Assembly: GCF_003018255.1 (NCBI RefSeq)
Contig: NZ_CP027440.1
DNA from: Escherichia coli
GTDB lineage: Bacteria; Pseudomonadota; Gammaproteobacteria; Enterobacterales; Enterobacteriaceae
DNA: 64,000 nucleotides
Reading direction: 5' to 3' (one strand)
How positions within the stretch are numbered: position 1 is the first letter of the stretch; every line of letters begins with the position of its first letter. Under the pieces are notes generated by a model. That model had not been told where the DNA came from. It made no database searches and was given only the letters and a program-made list of their open reading frames with translations. This document shows, piece after piece, positions 21,168-33,647 of this stretch. The position numbers and the translations under genes were made by a program.

Positions 21168-22529
21168 ATGTTTAAACCGGAACTCCTTTCCCCGGCGGGA
21201 ACGCTGAAAAATATGCGTTACGCTTTCGCTTATGGCGCAGATGCTGTTTATGCGGGCCAGCCGCGTTACTCCCTGCGTGTGCGCAACAACGAATTCAACC
21301 ACGAAAATCTTCAGCTCGGCATCAATGAAGCCCACGCGCTGGGGAAAAAGTTTTATGTCGTGGTCAACATTGCACCGCACAACGCCAAGCTGAAAACCTT
21401 TATCCGTGACCTGAAACCGGTGGTGGAAATGGGGCCGGATGCGCTAATAATGTCCGATCCAGGGCTGATTATGCTGGTGCGTGAGCACTTCCCTGAAATG
21501 CCGATCCATCTCTCGGTACAGGCTAACGCCGTGAACTGGGCGACGGTGAAATTCTGGCAGCAAATGGGACTGACCCGCGTGATCCTCTCTCGCGAGCTGT
21601 CGCTGGAAGAGATTGAAGAGATCCGCAATCAGGTGCCAGATATGGAGGTAGAGATCTTCGTTCACGGCGCGCTGTGCATGGCCTACTCTGGTCGCTGCCT
21701 GCTCTCTGGCTACATCAACAAGCGCGATCCGAATCAGGGCACCTGCACTAACGCCTGCCGCTGGGAGTACAACGTCCAGGAAGGCAAAGAAGATGACGTT
21801 GGCAACATCGTACACAAGTACGAGCCAATTCCGGTGCAAAATGTTGAGCCGACGCTGGGTATCGGCGCACCAACTGACAAAGTGTTTATGATCGAAGAAG
21901 CCCAGCGTCCGGGCGAGTATATGACCGCGTTTGAAGATGAGCACGGCACTTACATCATGAACTCGAAAGATCTGCGCGCCATCGCCCATGTAGAACGCCT
22001 GACCAAAATGGGCGTGCATTCGCTGAAAATCGAAGGTCGTACCAAATCTTTCTACTATTGCGCACGCACCGCGCAGGTTTACCGTAAAGCTATCGATGAC
22101 GCCGCTGCGGGAAAACCATTCGATACCAGCCTGCTGGAAACTCTGGAAGGTCTGGCGCATCGTGGCTATACCGAAGGTTTCCTGCGTCGTCATACTCACG
22201 ACGATTATCAGAACTACGAATACGGTTATTCAGTTTCTGACCGCCAGCAGTTTGTTGGTGAGTTTACCGGTGAGCGCAAGGGCGACCTCGCGGCGGTAGC
22301 GGTGAAAAATAAATTCTCCGTTGGCGACAGTCTTGAGCTGATGACGCCGCAAGGGAACATTAACTTTACCCTTGAGCATATGGAAAACGCCAAAGGTGAA
22401 GCTATGCCGGTCGCACCAGGCGATGGTTATACTGTGTGGATCCCGGTGCCGCAGGATCTTGAGCTAAATTACGCGCTGCTGATGCGTAATTTCTCCGGGG
22501 AAACCACGCGTAACCCCCACGGTAAGTGA
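21168..22529 (+). CDS. yegQ: Peptidase-U32-family protein YegQ (TrhP, implicated in tRNA ho5U34 formation)
   Basis: 453-aa ORF with U32-family features and a conserved Cys cluster (CMAYSGRCLLS...CTNACRW). It matches E. coli YegQ. Confidence 0.93.
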   Translation: MFKPELLSPAGTLKNMRYAFAYGADAVYAGQPRYSLRVRNNEFNHENLQLGINEAHALGKKFYVVVNIAPHNAKLKTFIRDLKPVVEMGPDALIMSDPGLIMLVREHFPEMPIHLSVQANAVNWATVKFWQQMGLTRVILSRELSLEEIEEIRNQVPDMEVEIFVHGALCMAYSGRCLLSGYINKRDPNQGTCTNACRWEYNVQEGKEDDVGNIVHKYEPIPVQNVEPTLGIGAPTDKVFMIEEAQRPGEYMTAFEDEHGTYIMNSKDLRAIAHVERLTKMGVHSLKIEGRTKSFYYCARTAQVYRKAIDDAAAGKPFDTSLLETLEGLAHRGYTEGFLRRHTHDDYQNYEYGYSVSDRQQFVGEFTGERKGDLAAVAVKNKFSVGDSLELMTPQGNINFTLEHMENAKGEAMPVAPGDGYTVWIPVPQDLELNYALLMRNFSGETTRNPHGK

Positions 22530-22560
22530 TTAATTTCGATTATTTTTCCCGGATGGAAAA

Positions 22561-22582
22561 TTCTTAGAAACCGATCACATAC
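22561..22582 (+). promoter_or_regulatory. Putative class II CRP site of the cyaR promoter
   Basis: The TCACA half-site is at 22575-22579 and a weak left half (TTAGA) lies 6 nt upstream. The site is centred about 42 nt upstream of the cyaR 5' end. TATCAT -10 at 22601-22606. Confidence 0.5.
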
Positions 22583-22613
22583 AGCTGCATTTATTAAGGT
22601 TATCATCCGTTTC

Positions 22614-22700
22614 GCTGAAAAACATAACCCATAAAATGCTAGCTGTACCAGGAACCACCTCCTTAGCCTGTGTAATCTCCCTTACACGGGCTTATTTTTT
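22614..22700 (+). ncRNA. cyaR: CyaR (RyeE) Hfq-dependent sRNA
   Basis: GCTGAAAAACATAACCCATAAAATGCTAGCTGTACCAGGAACCACCTCCTTAGCCTGTGTAATCTCCCTTACACGGGCTTATTTTTT matches CyaR as I remember it. It includes the terminator hairpin and U-run. Confidence 0.92.
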
Positions 22701-22870
22701 ATACATAAACCATAGAGACGGATTGATCCCAGGTCACCGTCTTCCATTGACCACATCGATAGAATCTCCCTTCATAGCACGATGCCTTTCACGTAACGGC
22801 ATCGTGCTCGCACAGGTTCCGGCTAAGCACAACCAGAACGCGGATGTTTGACGCTTACCAAAAAATATTC

Positions 22871-23188
22871 TCACTCTCCACATTTGAATGTCAGACGAGC
22901 GACGCCATGTAATCCTGCACCTTCTGTCTTCAGGTCAACTATCTGCATTTTTTTGCCCTGAGTAACACAGAAATGAACTGCATCATTTTTTACTATATTT
23001 TCTGCACCAGATATTCTACCCCTGGCTAAAGAAGCTTCGGCTTCGGTGTAGTATTGGTTATCGAGTTTACGCTGAATATTACTTTTATATGCAAGACCAA
23101 ATTTACCGATACTTGTCTCATCATTATGTACAGCACACCCAGACATAAGAAAAACACTAATTAATGATATAGCAGCTATCTTTTTCAT
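22871..23188 (-). CDS. yegR: Small lipoprotein YegR
   Basis: Track ORF 22871..23248. The start is placed at ATG 23188 (MKKIAAISLISVFLMSGC lipobox), giving 105 aa. Confidence 0.85.
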   Translation of the reverse strand: MKKIAAISLISVFLMSGCAVHNDETSIGKFGLAYKSNIQRKLDNQYYTEAEASLARGRISGAENIVKNDAVHFCVTQGKKMQIVDLKTEGAGLHGVARLTFKCGE

Positions 23189-23602
23189 CTCACCTTCCCC
23201 CATTAAATACCAACGACACGCTCTGGTGTTTAAATATAATAATGGCATGATTATTATAATTGAATAGGATTATAATAAATGTTCTGTACAACATTTCCTA
23301 CATAAGTAGGAATTACATACACGGATGCCCTTCCAGGTAACCCCATGGGGGGGTTAATATATTTTTAATAGTATATTGAAGATGCCACTGTTTAGTTGAA
23401 TATTAGGTATATGTTCTTTTTTGAAATTTACCGGTGGCTACCGTTAATATTCGCTGTTCCCATTGCAAGCTCCTGGTGGTAACCACTGAATCCTCCATAC
23501 TTGAACTGACTTTTTATCCTCCGACTTTCATCCTGTTCTGACTCCACCTTTTCTTTTCTGCTCTACACTATCTACAGTCCAATCATAAAGGCACATACGA
23601 TC

Positions 23603-24502
23603 ATGGCAGAATTTCCCGCCAGCTTACTGATTCTTAATGGCAAAAGTACTGACAATCTACCCTTGCGCGAAGCAATTATGCTGTTGCGTGAGGAAGGAAT
23701 GACGATCCATGTGCGGGTCACCTGGGAGAAAGGCGATGCCGCACGATATGTAGAGGAGGCACGGAAGTTGGGCGTCGCAACGGTGATTGCCGGTGGTGGC
23801 GATGGCACCATTAATGAAGTTTCTACGGCGTTGATTCAGTGTGAGGGGGATGACATACCCGCGCTGGGAATTTTACCATTAGGAACCGCCAATGATTTTG
23901 CCACCAGTGTAGGGATTCCTGAGGCACTGGATAAGGCGCTGAAACTGGCAATTGCCGGTAACGCCATTGCGATAGATATGGCGCAGGTCAATAAACAAAC
24001 CTGTTTTATTAATATGGCGACAGGCGGATTTGGGACGCGTATTACCACAGAAACGCCGGAAAAATTAAAAGCCGCGCTGGGTGGCGTCTCTTACATCATT
24101 CATGGCTTAATGCGCATGGATACTCTGCAACCGGACCGTTGTGAGATCCGCGGTGAAAACTTTCACTGGCAAGGTGACGCCCTGGTCATTGGTATTGGTA
24201 ACGGGCGTCAGGCCGGTGGCGGTCAGCAATTGTGCCCGAACGCGTTAATTAACGATGGCTTGCTGCAACTGCGCATTTTTACCGGCGATGAAATTCTTCC
24301 AGCTCTCGTATCAACCTTAAAATCTGACGAAGATAACCCGAATATTATCGAAGGCGCTTCGTCGTGGTTTGATATACAAGCCCCACACGAAATCACTTTT
24401 AATCTTGATGGCGAACCGTTGAGCGGACAAAACTTTCATATTGAAATACTTCCGGCGGCGTTGCGTTGTCGATTACCACCAGATTGTCCATTGTTGCGTT
24501 AA
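23603..24502 (+). CDS. yegS: Lipid kinase YegS (DAG-kinase-like fold)
   Basis: 299-aa ORF with the GGDGT nucleotide-binding motif ([12 protein letters not shown]). It matches E. coli YegS. Confidence 0.94.
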   Translation: MAEFPASLLILNGKSTDNLPLREAIMLLREEGMTIHVRVTWEKGDAARYVEEARKLGVATVIAGGGDGTINEVSTALIQCEGDDIPALGILPLGTANDFATSVGIPEALDKALKLAIAGNAIAIDMAQVNKQTCFINMATGGFGTRITTETPEKLKAALGGVSYIIHGLMRMDTLQPDRCEIRGENFHWQGDALVIGIGNGRQAGGGQQLCPNALINDGLLQLRIFTGDEILPALVSTLKSDEDNPNIIEGASSWFDIQAPHEITFNLDGEPLSGQNFHIEILPAALRCRLPPDCPLLR

Positions 24503-24537
24503 TCAAACTATTCTCTCTTGAACCAGGGAGAATCCGT

Positions 24538-24574
24538 AATGCCGGATGCGGTGTAAACACCTTATCCGGCATAC
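24538..24574. repeat. REP element
   Basis: AATGCCGGATGCGGTGTAAACACCTTATCCGGCATAC palindrome between the convergent genes yegS and gatR. Confidence 0.8.
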
Positions 24575-24583
24575 AGAACAATA

Positions 24584-25363
24584 CTACACCGTAATTAATT
24601 TCACCCGTGTCTTCTGCAATGCCAGTTTATCCACCTCTGACACAGCATCGTCGGTAATAATAATGTCGATTTTTTCGATTGGCAGTACCTGATTAAAACC
24701 GCGACGATTAAATTTCGATGAATCGAGAACGGCAATCACTTTATTTGCGGCGGTGACCATCGCCCCGCTAATCGAATAACCTTCATTAAAGGTCGTAATA
24801 CCATTAACCGCATCAATACCATCAGCACCGACAAACATTAAATCGGCATTAATATCCTGCAATGAACGCTCGGCAATGGAACCATGCATCGAGCGTGTTT
24901 TATGGCGGACGGTCCCACCACAGACGACCAGAGTAATGTCTTTATTTTCGGAAAGGGCAAACGCCGCCGGGAGACTGTTGGTAATCACCGTGATATTTTT
25001 GGCGGTCATTAAACCTTCGGCGATAAGCATTGTGGTACTTCCGCTGTCGAGAATAACGGTCATCCCTTCGTGGATCATTTTGACTGCCGCCTGCGCTATT
25101 CTGTTTTTTGGCGCACTGGCGAGCTGAAATCGCTCTTTAAACCCAACTTCCTGGGTCTCGGTTTCGCTATTACCGGACATTATTTTCGCCGCACCGCCAT
25201 GAAAGCGCGTAACCACGCCTTTTTGTTCGAGAAAGCGCAAATCGGCACGGATTGTCGCTTCCGAGGCAGCAAATACTCCCGCCAGATCCTGAACAAGCAC
25301 GGTTCCCTGTTCATTCACTAATTGGATGATCTTATTCCTTCGCTCGAATGAATTCATCGTCAT
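24584..25363 (-). CDS. gatR: DeoR-family galactitol operon repressor GatR (intact)
   Basis: Uninterrupted 259-aa ORF with an N-terminal HTH (RRNKIIQLVNEQGTVLVQDLAGVFAASEATIRADL) and a DeoR C-terminal sugar-phosphate domain. Confidence 0.93.
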   Translation of the reverse strand: MTMNSFERRNKIIQLVNEQGTVLVQDLAGVFAASEATIRADLRFLEQKGVVTRFHGGAAKIMSGNSETETQEVGFKERFQLASAPKNRIAQAAVKMIHEGMTVILDSGSTTMLIAEGLMTAKNITVITNSLPAAFALSENKDITLVVCGGTVRHKTRSMHGSIAERSLQDINADLMFVGADGIDAVNGITTFNEGYSISGAMVTAANKVIAVLDSSKFNRRGFNQVLPIEKIDIIITDDAVSEVDKLALQKTRVKLITV

Positions 25364-25462
25364 TTACCCATATTCAATTGTGGCTAGTGTAAACGAAGGG
25401 GGACCATTGGTGAATGATCTGTTTTGCACAATACCGGGCCAGCATCACGCTGGCCCGCGGTT

Positions 25463-26503
25463 TCAGGGAATGAGCAACACTTTGCCCGGCATAGCATTAC
25501 GAGCGATGTCACGCACCGCCTGGGCGAAGCTTTCAAAGCTTCCACGGTGAACGATTAATGGCTCCAGGCTTAACTTACGTTCTGTCAGCAACCGACTCGC
25601 CGTTTCCCACTCCTGCCCCGGCCAAGGGCTGGAGTAGTTCATCCAGCTGCCGATCACCGTCAGCTCTTTACGTAATATTTTGCCAAACGTTGTCGATGTT
25701 AAATGCAGATCCTGATGCAACGTGCCCACCAGCGCCAGCTGGGCATGAGGCCCGGCAATCTCTACCGCCAGTTCGACAGTTTGCGGGACGCCAGCCGTCT
25801 CGAGGATAAGCTGATTAAAGCGCAGCTCGCGTAAAACGCCCTGCATTTGCGGCGCGCTCATTTCAAGGCTGTTAAATGTTTGCATCGCACCGAAAGATTT
25901 TGCCAGTGCCAGTTTTTCTGAGCTAATGTCGATAGCCGTCACACTCTTTGCTCCCAGCGCGACAGCGCACTGAATAGCCAGCAGGCCAATGGTTCCGGCA
26001 CCAATAATAATAACGTTTTTATTCTCACAACCTTGCGCTAAATGAAAAGCATGCAGGCCAACGGTAATCGGCTCAATAAAAGCCCCATCCTCAATAGGCA
26101 TATCCGTGGGTAGAGCAAAGACATTTTTTCGCTTAACGACAATATATTCAGCAAGTCCACCATCACGCCGCGAGCCAATAAAATCATATTTTGCGCACTG
26201 GGAATAAAACCCTTTCAAACACTCTGGACAAGTAAAACAGGGTAATAACGGCACACAGGCAACCACATCGCCAGGGTGTAAATCATCAACACCGGATCCC
26301 ACCGCATCAATATAGCCGCTAAATTCATGACCTAACGTTATTGGATAATAATGTGCACCATTTTTAAATATCCTGGGTAAATCGGAACCACATAAGCCCG
26401 AGCTGGCAATTTTTACCCGCACCTCATCCTGATGTTTAATTTCAGGAATGACGCTTTCTGCTACGCGCACGATACCATCAGTATCATTCACCACTGATTT
26501 CAT
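25463..26503 (-). CDS. gatD: Galactitol-1-phosphate 5-dehydrogenase
   Basis: 346 aa; Zn-dependent MDR dehydrogenase (GHEFSG, CxxCxxC structural zinc, GAGTIG Rossmann motif). Confidence 0.96.
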   Translation of the reverse strand: MKSVVNDTDGIVRVAESVIPEIKHQDEVRVKIASSGLCGSDLPRIFKNGAHYYPITLGHEFSGYIDAVGSGVDDLHPGDVVACVPLLPCFTCPECLKGFYSQCAKYDFIGSRRDGGLAEYIVVKRKNVFALPTDMPIEDGAFIEPITVGLHAFHLAQGCENKNVIIIGAGTIGLLAIQCAVALGAKSVTAIDISSEKLALAKSFGAMQTFNSLEMSAPQMQGVLRELRFNQLILETAGVPQTVELAVEIAGPHAQLALVGTLHQDLHLTSTTFGKILRKELTVIGSWMNYSSPWPGQEWETASRLLTERKLSLEPLIVHRGSFESFAQAVRDIARNAMPGKVLLIP

Positions 26504-26550
26504 AAAAACTCCTGATTGTTAAGGGGGATAACATCCCCCTCAGGTAAAAA

Positions 26551-27906
26551 TTATTCTGCGAGAACGGCTTTCTCTTGTTTAATAAAACCACGCGCTCTAC
26601 GCCAGGTCATGAAAATACCGGTAAGATAAATTGTGCCGATAATAATGAAGCCGGGAATATTTTGCGGGGAGAAAACCTGAATCAGTAACCAGGTAATGGG
26701 AGAACCGCCCTGATCCATTGAAGCCACCATACCCCCGGCTTTTAACGCCCCAGCATTAGCCGCCAGTTGGGTGTGCAAACCAATAGTTTGCGTCGCGATC
26801 CACAGGGTGATGCTCATAATGATGACACCCGAGATTAAGGTGCGGAACAGATTTCCACGATGCACCGCGACCGCCATCGCTACAAAGAAACCGATGGTGG
26901 CAAGGTCGCCAAACGGCAGTACCTGATTACCCGGAACACAAACAGCAATTAAAATGGTGAGCGGGATAAAAATCAGGCTTGCCGATACCACCGCCGTATG
27001 CCCCAGCAGCAACGCCGGATCAAGGCCAATCAGGAACTCCTGACCGCCGAACTTCGCCTGTAAACGACTACGGGCCTGCTTAGCGATGGGCGTTAAACCA
27101 TCCATGATGGGTTTAATCACCCGTGGCATCAGCAGCATAACTGCCGCCGTTTTTACCGCCAGCTGCAATACACCTTTGACATCGTAACCCGCGAGGATGC
27201 CGATAATCAGCCCCATCACAAAGCCCACGGTGACAGGTTCGCCAAATGGGCCAAATTTGCGCTGAATATCGTCGGCGCTAAATTTAATACGGTTAACGCC
27301 TGGGATTTTCTCGATGATAGCATCCACCAGCACCGCAATTGGCCCCAGATACGCCGACGTACCGTGCGGAATAGCAATGCCTTCCAGCTCAAAGAAATTT
27401 CGGGTATCGCGGGCAAACCAGTCGCCGAGCTTATAAACAAACGCCGCGTGAATTACCACACCCGCCATCCCTATCATCCATGAACCGGTTGCCAGATGCA
27501 GCAATGCGCCGGTGAAGGTCATATGCCAGATATTCCAGATATCAACATTTACCACCCGCGTCATACGGGTCAGTAGCATCGCCACGTTAACCAGAATCGC
27601 AATCGGAATCGCCACCAGCGCAATTTGCGACGCCCAGGTCATTGGTGAAGAGCCCGGCCAACCGACATCGACCACATGCAGATTCAGGTCAAAATTTTCC
27701 GCCATCGCTTTCGCCGCCGGGCCAATGGAATCCAGCATTAAGCCAATCACAAGGCCAATACCAACAAAGCCAATCCCGATATGCAGACCTGCTTTAAAGC
27801 AATCGCCTGCCTTCATGCCTAATATTTTAGAAAAAATAATGATGACAATCGGCAGCATCACCGTAGGGCCGAGGTCGAGAATATAACGCATGACTTCTGA
27901 AAACAT
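26551..27906 (-). CDS. gatC: PTS galactitol EIIC
   Basis: 451-aa polytopic membrane ORF in the gat operon. Confidence 0.96.
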   Translation of the reverse strand: MFSEVMRYILDLGPTVMLPIVIIIFSKILGMKAGDCFKAGLHIGIGFVGIGLVIGLMLDSIGPAAKAMAENFDLNLHVVDVGWPGSSPMTWASQIALVAIPIAILVNVAMLLTRMTRVVNVDIWNIWHMTFTGALLHLATGSWMIGMAGVVIHAAFVYKLGDWFARDTRNFFELEGIAIPHGTSAYLGPIAVLVDAIIEKIPGVNRIKFSADDIQRKFGPFGEPVTVGFVMGLIIGILAGYDVKGVLQLAVKTAAVMLLMPRVIKPIMDGLTPIAKQARSRLQAKFGGQEFLIGLDPALLLGHTAVVSASLIFIPLTILIAVCVPGNQVLPFGDLATIGFFVAMAVAVHRGNLFRTLISGVIIMSITLWIATQTIGLHTQLAANAGALKAGGMVASMDQGGSPITWLLIQVFSPQNIPGFIIIGTIYLTGIFMTWRRARGFIKQEKAVLAE

Positions 27907-27909
27907 AGG

Positions 27910-28194
27910 TCACCCCTGTAAGATAGTCAGAATTTTATTTTGTAATGCTTCGATACCGACACCAGAAACAAAAGGCATGCCGTGAACTAACGGAATATCG
28001 CCAAAACTTCGATCCACCCTGGCAGTGGTGCATATCAAATGCACGCCATCCATATAGGTTTCTATTTCATTAACCCGACACTGGATTAATTCAACAGGAA
28101 TATTATGACTCTGACACAACTCTTTAATTTCTTCCGCCGCCATCGTAGAGGTCGCAACCGCGCCTCCGCAAGCGACAATAATCTTGCGTTTCAT
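27910..28194 (-). CDS. gatB: PTS galactitol EIIB
   Basis: 94 aa with an N-terminal active-site Cys ([13 protein letters not shown]). Confidence 0.95.
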
Positions 28195-28224
28195 AAATAG
28201 TCCTTTTTATTGTTACAGAGGGAT

Positions 28225-28677
28225 TTATTCGTCTGAATCTAAAACATACTTTGTGAAGTATTCCTTTAACTGGGTTTCAGGAAGAGTGATTAGTGTCTCG
28301 ACGATCTCGGGCTGTTGTAACTTGCCAAATAAACAGCGTAAAAGTTTCAATTGCTGCTGCGGATTTTCCACAATTAACGCAATAACCAACGATACCGCCA
28401 CGTCGTTATCATCATCCGCTTGCTGAAAATGAACTTTATTTGTTGGCCTTAACAGATAAATGGCTGACGACTTAGCATGAATCGCCTCACAATGCGGTAT
28501 TGCAATGGCGTGCTGCTCAAGCATTATCCCGGTAGGGAATTCTGCTTCTCTGGCAATTAATGCCTGTGGCCAGGTATCATGAACCACACCTTTCGCGAGC
28601 ATCTCATTACCGATATGGGTTAAAACTTCGCTACGATCGACAAAAGAAATTCCGCTACGAACAAACAGGTTAGTCAT
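28225..28677 (-). CDS. gatA: PTS galactitol EIIA
   Basis: 150 aa; EIIA(Mtl/Fru)-type with an active-site His region (AIAIPHC). Confidence 0.95.
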   Translation of the reverse strand: MTNLFVRSGISFVDRSEVLTHIGNEMLAKGVVHDTWPQALIAREAEFPTGIMLEQHAIAIPHCEAIHAKSSAIYLLRPTNKVHFQQADDDNDVAVSLVIALIVENPQQQLKLLRCLFGKLQQPEIVETLITLPETQLKEYFTKYVLDSDE

Positions 28678-28686
28678 ATACCGTCC

Positions 28687-30886
<2,200 letters not shown>

Positions 30887-30948
30887 TTAAATGTCGCGAT
30901 AACGATCACAAAAACGACAATATGAAAATCAATCCAGGAATGAAAGGC

Positions 30949-30977
30949 AAAAAAAACGGCCTCCCGGGGGAAGCCGT
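30949..30977 (-). terminator. Rho-independent terminator of fbaB
   Basis: The minus strand reads ACGGCTTCCCCCGGGAGGCCGT followed by TTTTTTTT. Confidence 0.8.
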
Positions 30978-30998
30978 AACAAAGTACGCGTGGTTTTA

Positions 30999-31033
30999 TG
31001 CCGGATGTGGCGTTAACGCCTTTTCCGGCCTAC
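30999..31033. repeat. REP element
   Basis: ATGCCGGATGTGGCGTTAACGCCTTTTCCGGCCTAC palindromic unit just downstream of fbaB. Confidence 0.75.
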
Positions 31034-31060
31034 GGGGTAGTGCTGTTCGTATGAAGCGCA

Positions 31061-32113
31061 TCAGGCGATAGTAATTTTGCTATCGAGATAAACGTCCTGC
31101 ACGGCGTTAATCAGTTTCACGCCGTCAGCCATCGATTTCTTGAACGCCTTACGTCCAAGAATCAGCCCCATTCCGCCTGCGCGTTTGTTGATAACCGCAG
31201 TACGCACTGCATCGCTGAGGTCAGTTTCACCGCCTGCAGCACCGCCGGAGTTTATCAACCCGGCCCGGCCCATATAGCAGTTAGCTAACTGATAACGCAC
31301 CAGGTCAATCGGGTTTTCACTGGTCAGTTTGCTGTAGACTCGATCGTCGGTATAACCGTAGTTAATCGCTTTATAACCGCCGTTATTTTCCGCCATTTTT
31401 TGTTTGACGATATCTGCACCTATGGTCGCCGCCAGATGGTTTGCCTGACCGGTCAGGTCGGCGAAAACATGGTAATCAACGCCATCTTTCTTAAAGGCGG
31501 AGTTACGCAAATAGGCCCACAGCACTGTCACCATGCCCAGCTCGTGCGCACGTTCAAAAGCCGCAGAAATTTCTTCAATCTGGCGACGTGACTCTTCCGA
31601 ACCAAAATAGATAGTCACACCAACCGCCACCGCGCCCATGTTGAAGGCCTGCTCCACGCTGGCATACAGCGTTTGATCGTAGGTATTCGGGTAACTTAGC
31701 GTCTCGTTGTGATTAAGTTTGACGAGGAATGGAATGCGATGCGCGTAACGCCGCGATACCGATGCCAGCACGCCGTAAGTTGACGCCACACAGTTACAGC
31801 CCGCTTCGATCGCCAGTTCAACAATGTTTTTCGGGTCAAAGTAGAGCGGGTTAGCGGCAAATGAAGCTCCGGCAGAGTGCTCAACGCCCTGGTCAACCGG
31901 CAGAATAGAAAGATATCCTGTGCCAGCCAGACGCCCAGTGTTGTACAACGTCTGCATATTACGTAACACCGCTGGCGGGCGATTATTGTCAATCATCACG
32001 CGGTCTACGTAGTCATGTCCGGGGAGATAAAGCTGGTCAGAAGGAATAGTCATACAACGGTGCTGTAAAAGGTTGTCGGCGTCTTTGCCAAGCAACTGCG
32101 CAATATCTGTCAT
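31061..32113 (-). CDS. fbaB: Class I fructose-bisphosphate aldolase FbaB
   Basis: The track ORF extends to 32185. The conserved start is [16 protein letters not shown] at ATG 32113, giving 350 aa. Confidence 0.93.
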   Translation of the reverse strand: MTDIAQLLGKDADNLLQHRCMTIPSDQLYLPGHDYVDRVMIDNNRPPAVLRNMQTLYNTGRLAGTGYLSILPVDQGVEHSAGASFAANPLYFDPKNIVELAIEAGCNCVASTYGVLASVSRRYAHRIPFLVKLNHNETLSYPNTYDQTLYASVEQAFNMGAVAVGVTIYFGSEESRRQIEEISAAFERAHELGMVTVLWAYLRNSAFKKDGVDYHVFADLTGQANHLAATIGADIVKQKMAENNGGYKAINYGYTDDRVYSKLTSENPIDLVRYQLANCYMGRAGLINSGGAAGGETDLSDAVRTAVINKRAGGMGLILGRKAFKKSMADGVKLINAVQDVYLDSKITIA

Positions 32114-32369
32114 TACTATGCTCCCGTAAATTCCGATTGGATATCGGCTATGGATTGTCCTGGCCCGCCTTTTGCGGGCAATCATAATCCTGGTCGTTAC
32201 AGGCGAGTTTTTCCATCTTTTGGATGTTTTTTCAGCGTTTTCTGTTGGCTCGATTCATCAGAAAAAATGTTACCGCGGTCAAGTTTTCACCGCAAAGGTA
32301 TTTAAAAGGTATTATTAAATGGTATTGTCATCGCGTACCTTACATTACCTGTCATGAAGGAATTAAAAG

Positions 32370-33647
32370 ATGAAAACAACAGCAAAGCTGTCGTTCATGA
32401 TGTTTGTTGAATGGTTTATCTGGGGCGCGTGGTTTGTGCCATTGTGGTTGTGGTTAAGTAAAAGCGGTTTTAGTGCCGGAGAAATTGGCTGGTCGTATGC
32501 CTGTACCGCCATTGCGGCGATCCTGTCGCCAATTCTGGTTGGCTCCATCACTGACCGCTTTTTCTCGGCGCAGAAAGTGCTGGCGGTATTGATGTTCGCT
32601 GGTGCGGCGCTGATGTATTTCGCTGCGCAACAGACCACTTTTGCCGGGTTCTTCCCGTTACTGCTGGCCTACTCGCTAACCTATATGCCGACCATTGCGC
32701 TGACTAACAGTATCGCTTTTGCCAACGTGCCGGATGTGGAGCGTGATTTCCCACGCATTCGTGTGATGGGCACTATCGGCTGGATTGCCTCCGGTCTGGC
32801 ATGTGGATTTTTGCCGCAAATGCTGGGTTATGCCGATATCTCTCCGACTAACATCCCGCTGCTGATTACCGCCGGAAGTTCTGCTCTGCTCGGTGTGTTT
32901 GCGTTTTTCCTGCCCGACACGCCGCCAAAAAGCACCGGCAAAATGGACATTAAAGTCATGCTCGGCCTGGATGCGCTGATCCTGCTGCGCGATAAAAACT
33001 TCCTCGTCTTTTTCTTCTGTTCATTCCTGTTTGCGATGCCACTGGCGTTCTATTACATCTTTGCCAACGGTTATCTGACAGAAGTCGGCATGAAAAACGC
33101 CACCGGCTGGATGACGCTCGGCCAGTTCTCTGAAATCTTCTTTATGCTGGCATTGCCGTTTTTCACTAAACGCTTTGGTATCAAAAAGGTATTGTTGCTT
33201 GGTCTGGTCACCGCTGCGATCCGCTATGGCTTCTTTATTTACGGTAGTGCGGATGAATATTTCACCTACGCGTTACTGTTCCTCGGCATTTTGCTGCACG
33301 GCGTCAGTTACGATTTTTACTACGTTACCGCTTACATCTATGTCGATAAAAAAGCCCCCGTGCATATGCGTACCGCCGCGCAGGGGCTGATCACGCTCTG
33401 CTGCCAGGGCTTCGGCAGTTTGCTCGGCTATCGTCTTGGCGGTGTGATGATGGAAAAGATGTTCGCTTATCAGGAACCGGTAAACGGACTGACTTTCAAC
33501 TGGTCCGGGATGTGGACTTTCGGCGCGGTGATGATTGCCATTATCGCCGTGCTGTTCATGATTTTTTTCCGCGAATCCGACAACGAAATTACGGCTATCA
33601 AGGTCGATGATCGCGATATTGCGTTGACACAAGGGGAAGTTAAATGA
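32370..33647 (+). CDS. yegT: Nucleoside:H+ symporter-family (NupG/XapB-like) MFS transporter YegT
   Basis: 425-aa 12-TM ORF; first gene of yegTUV. Confidence 0.9.
   Translation: MKTTAKLSFMMFVEWFIWGAWFVPLWLWLSKSGFSAGEIGWSYACTAIAAILSPILVGSITDRFFSAQKVLAVLMFAGAALMYFAAQQTTFAGFFPLLLAYSLTYMPTIALTNSIAFANVPDVERDFPRIRVMGTIGWIASGLACGFLPQMLGYADISPTNIPLLITAGSSALLGVFAFFLPDTPPKSTGKMDIKVMLGLDALILLRDKNFLVFFFCSFLFAMPLAFYYIFANGYLTEVGMKNATGWMTLGQFSEIFFMLALPFFTKRFGIKKVLLLGLVTAAIRYGFFIYGSADEYFTYALLFLGILLHGVSYDFYYVTAYIYVDKKAPVHMRTAAQGLITLCCQGFGSLLGYRLGGVMMEKMFAYQEPVNGLTFNWSGMWTFGAVMIAIIAVLFMIFFRESDNEITAIKVDDRDIALTQGEVK

Noticed and set aside
21444-22199. 251-aa ORF antisense to yegQ
   Set aside because: It lies fully inside the well-conserved yegQ frame, has no SD or promoter context, and its composition is typical of antisense shadow ORFs.
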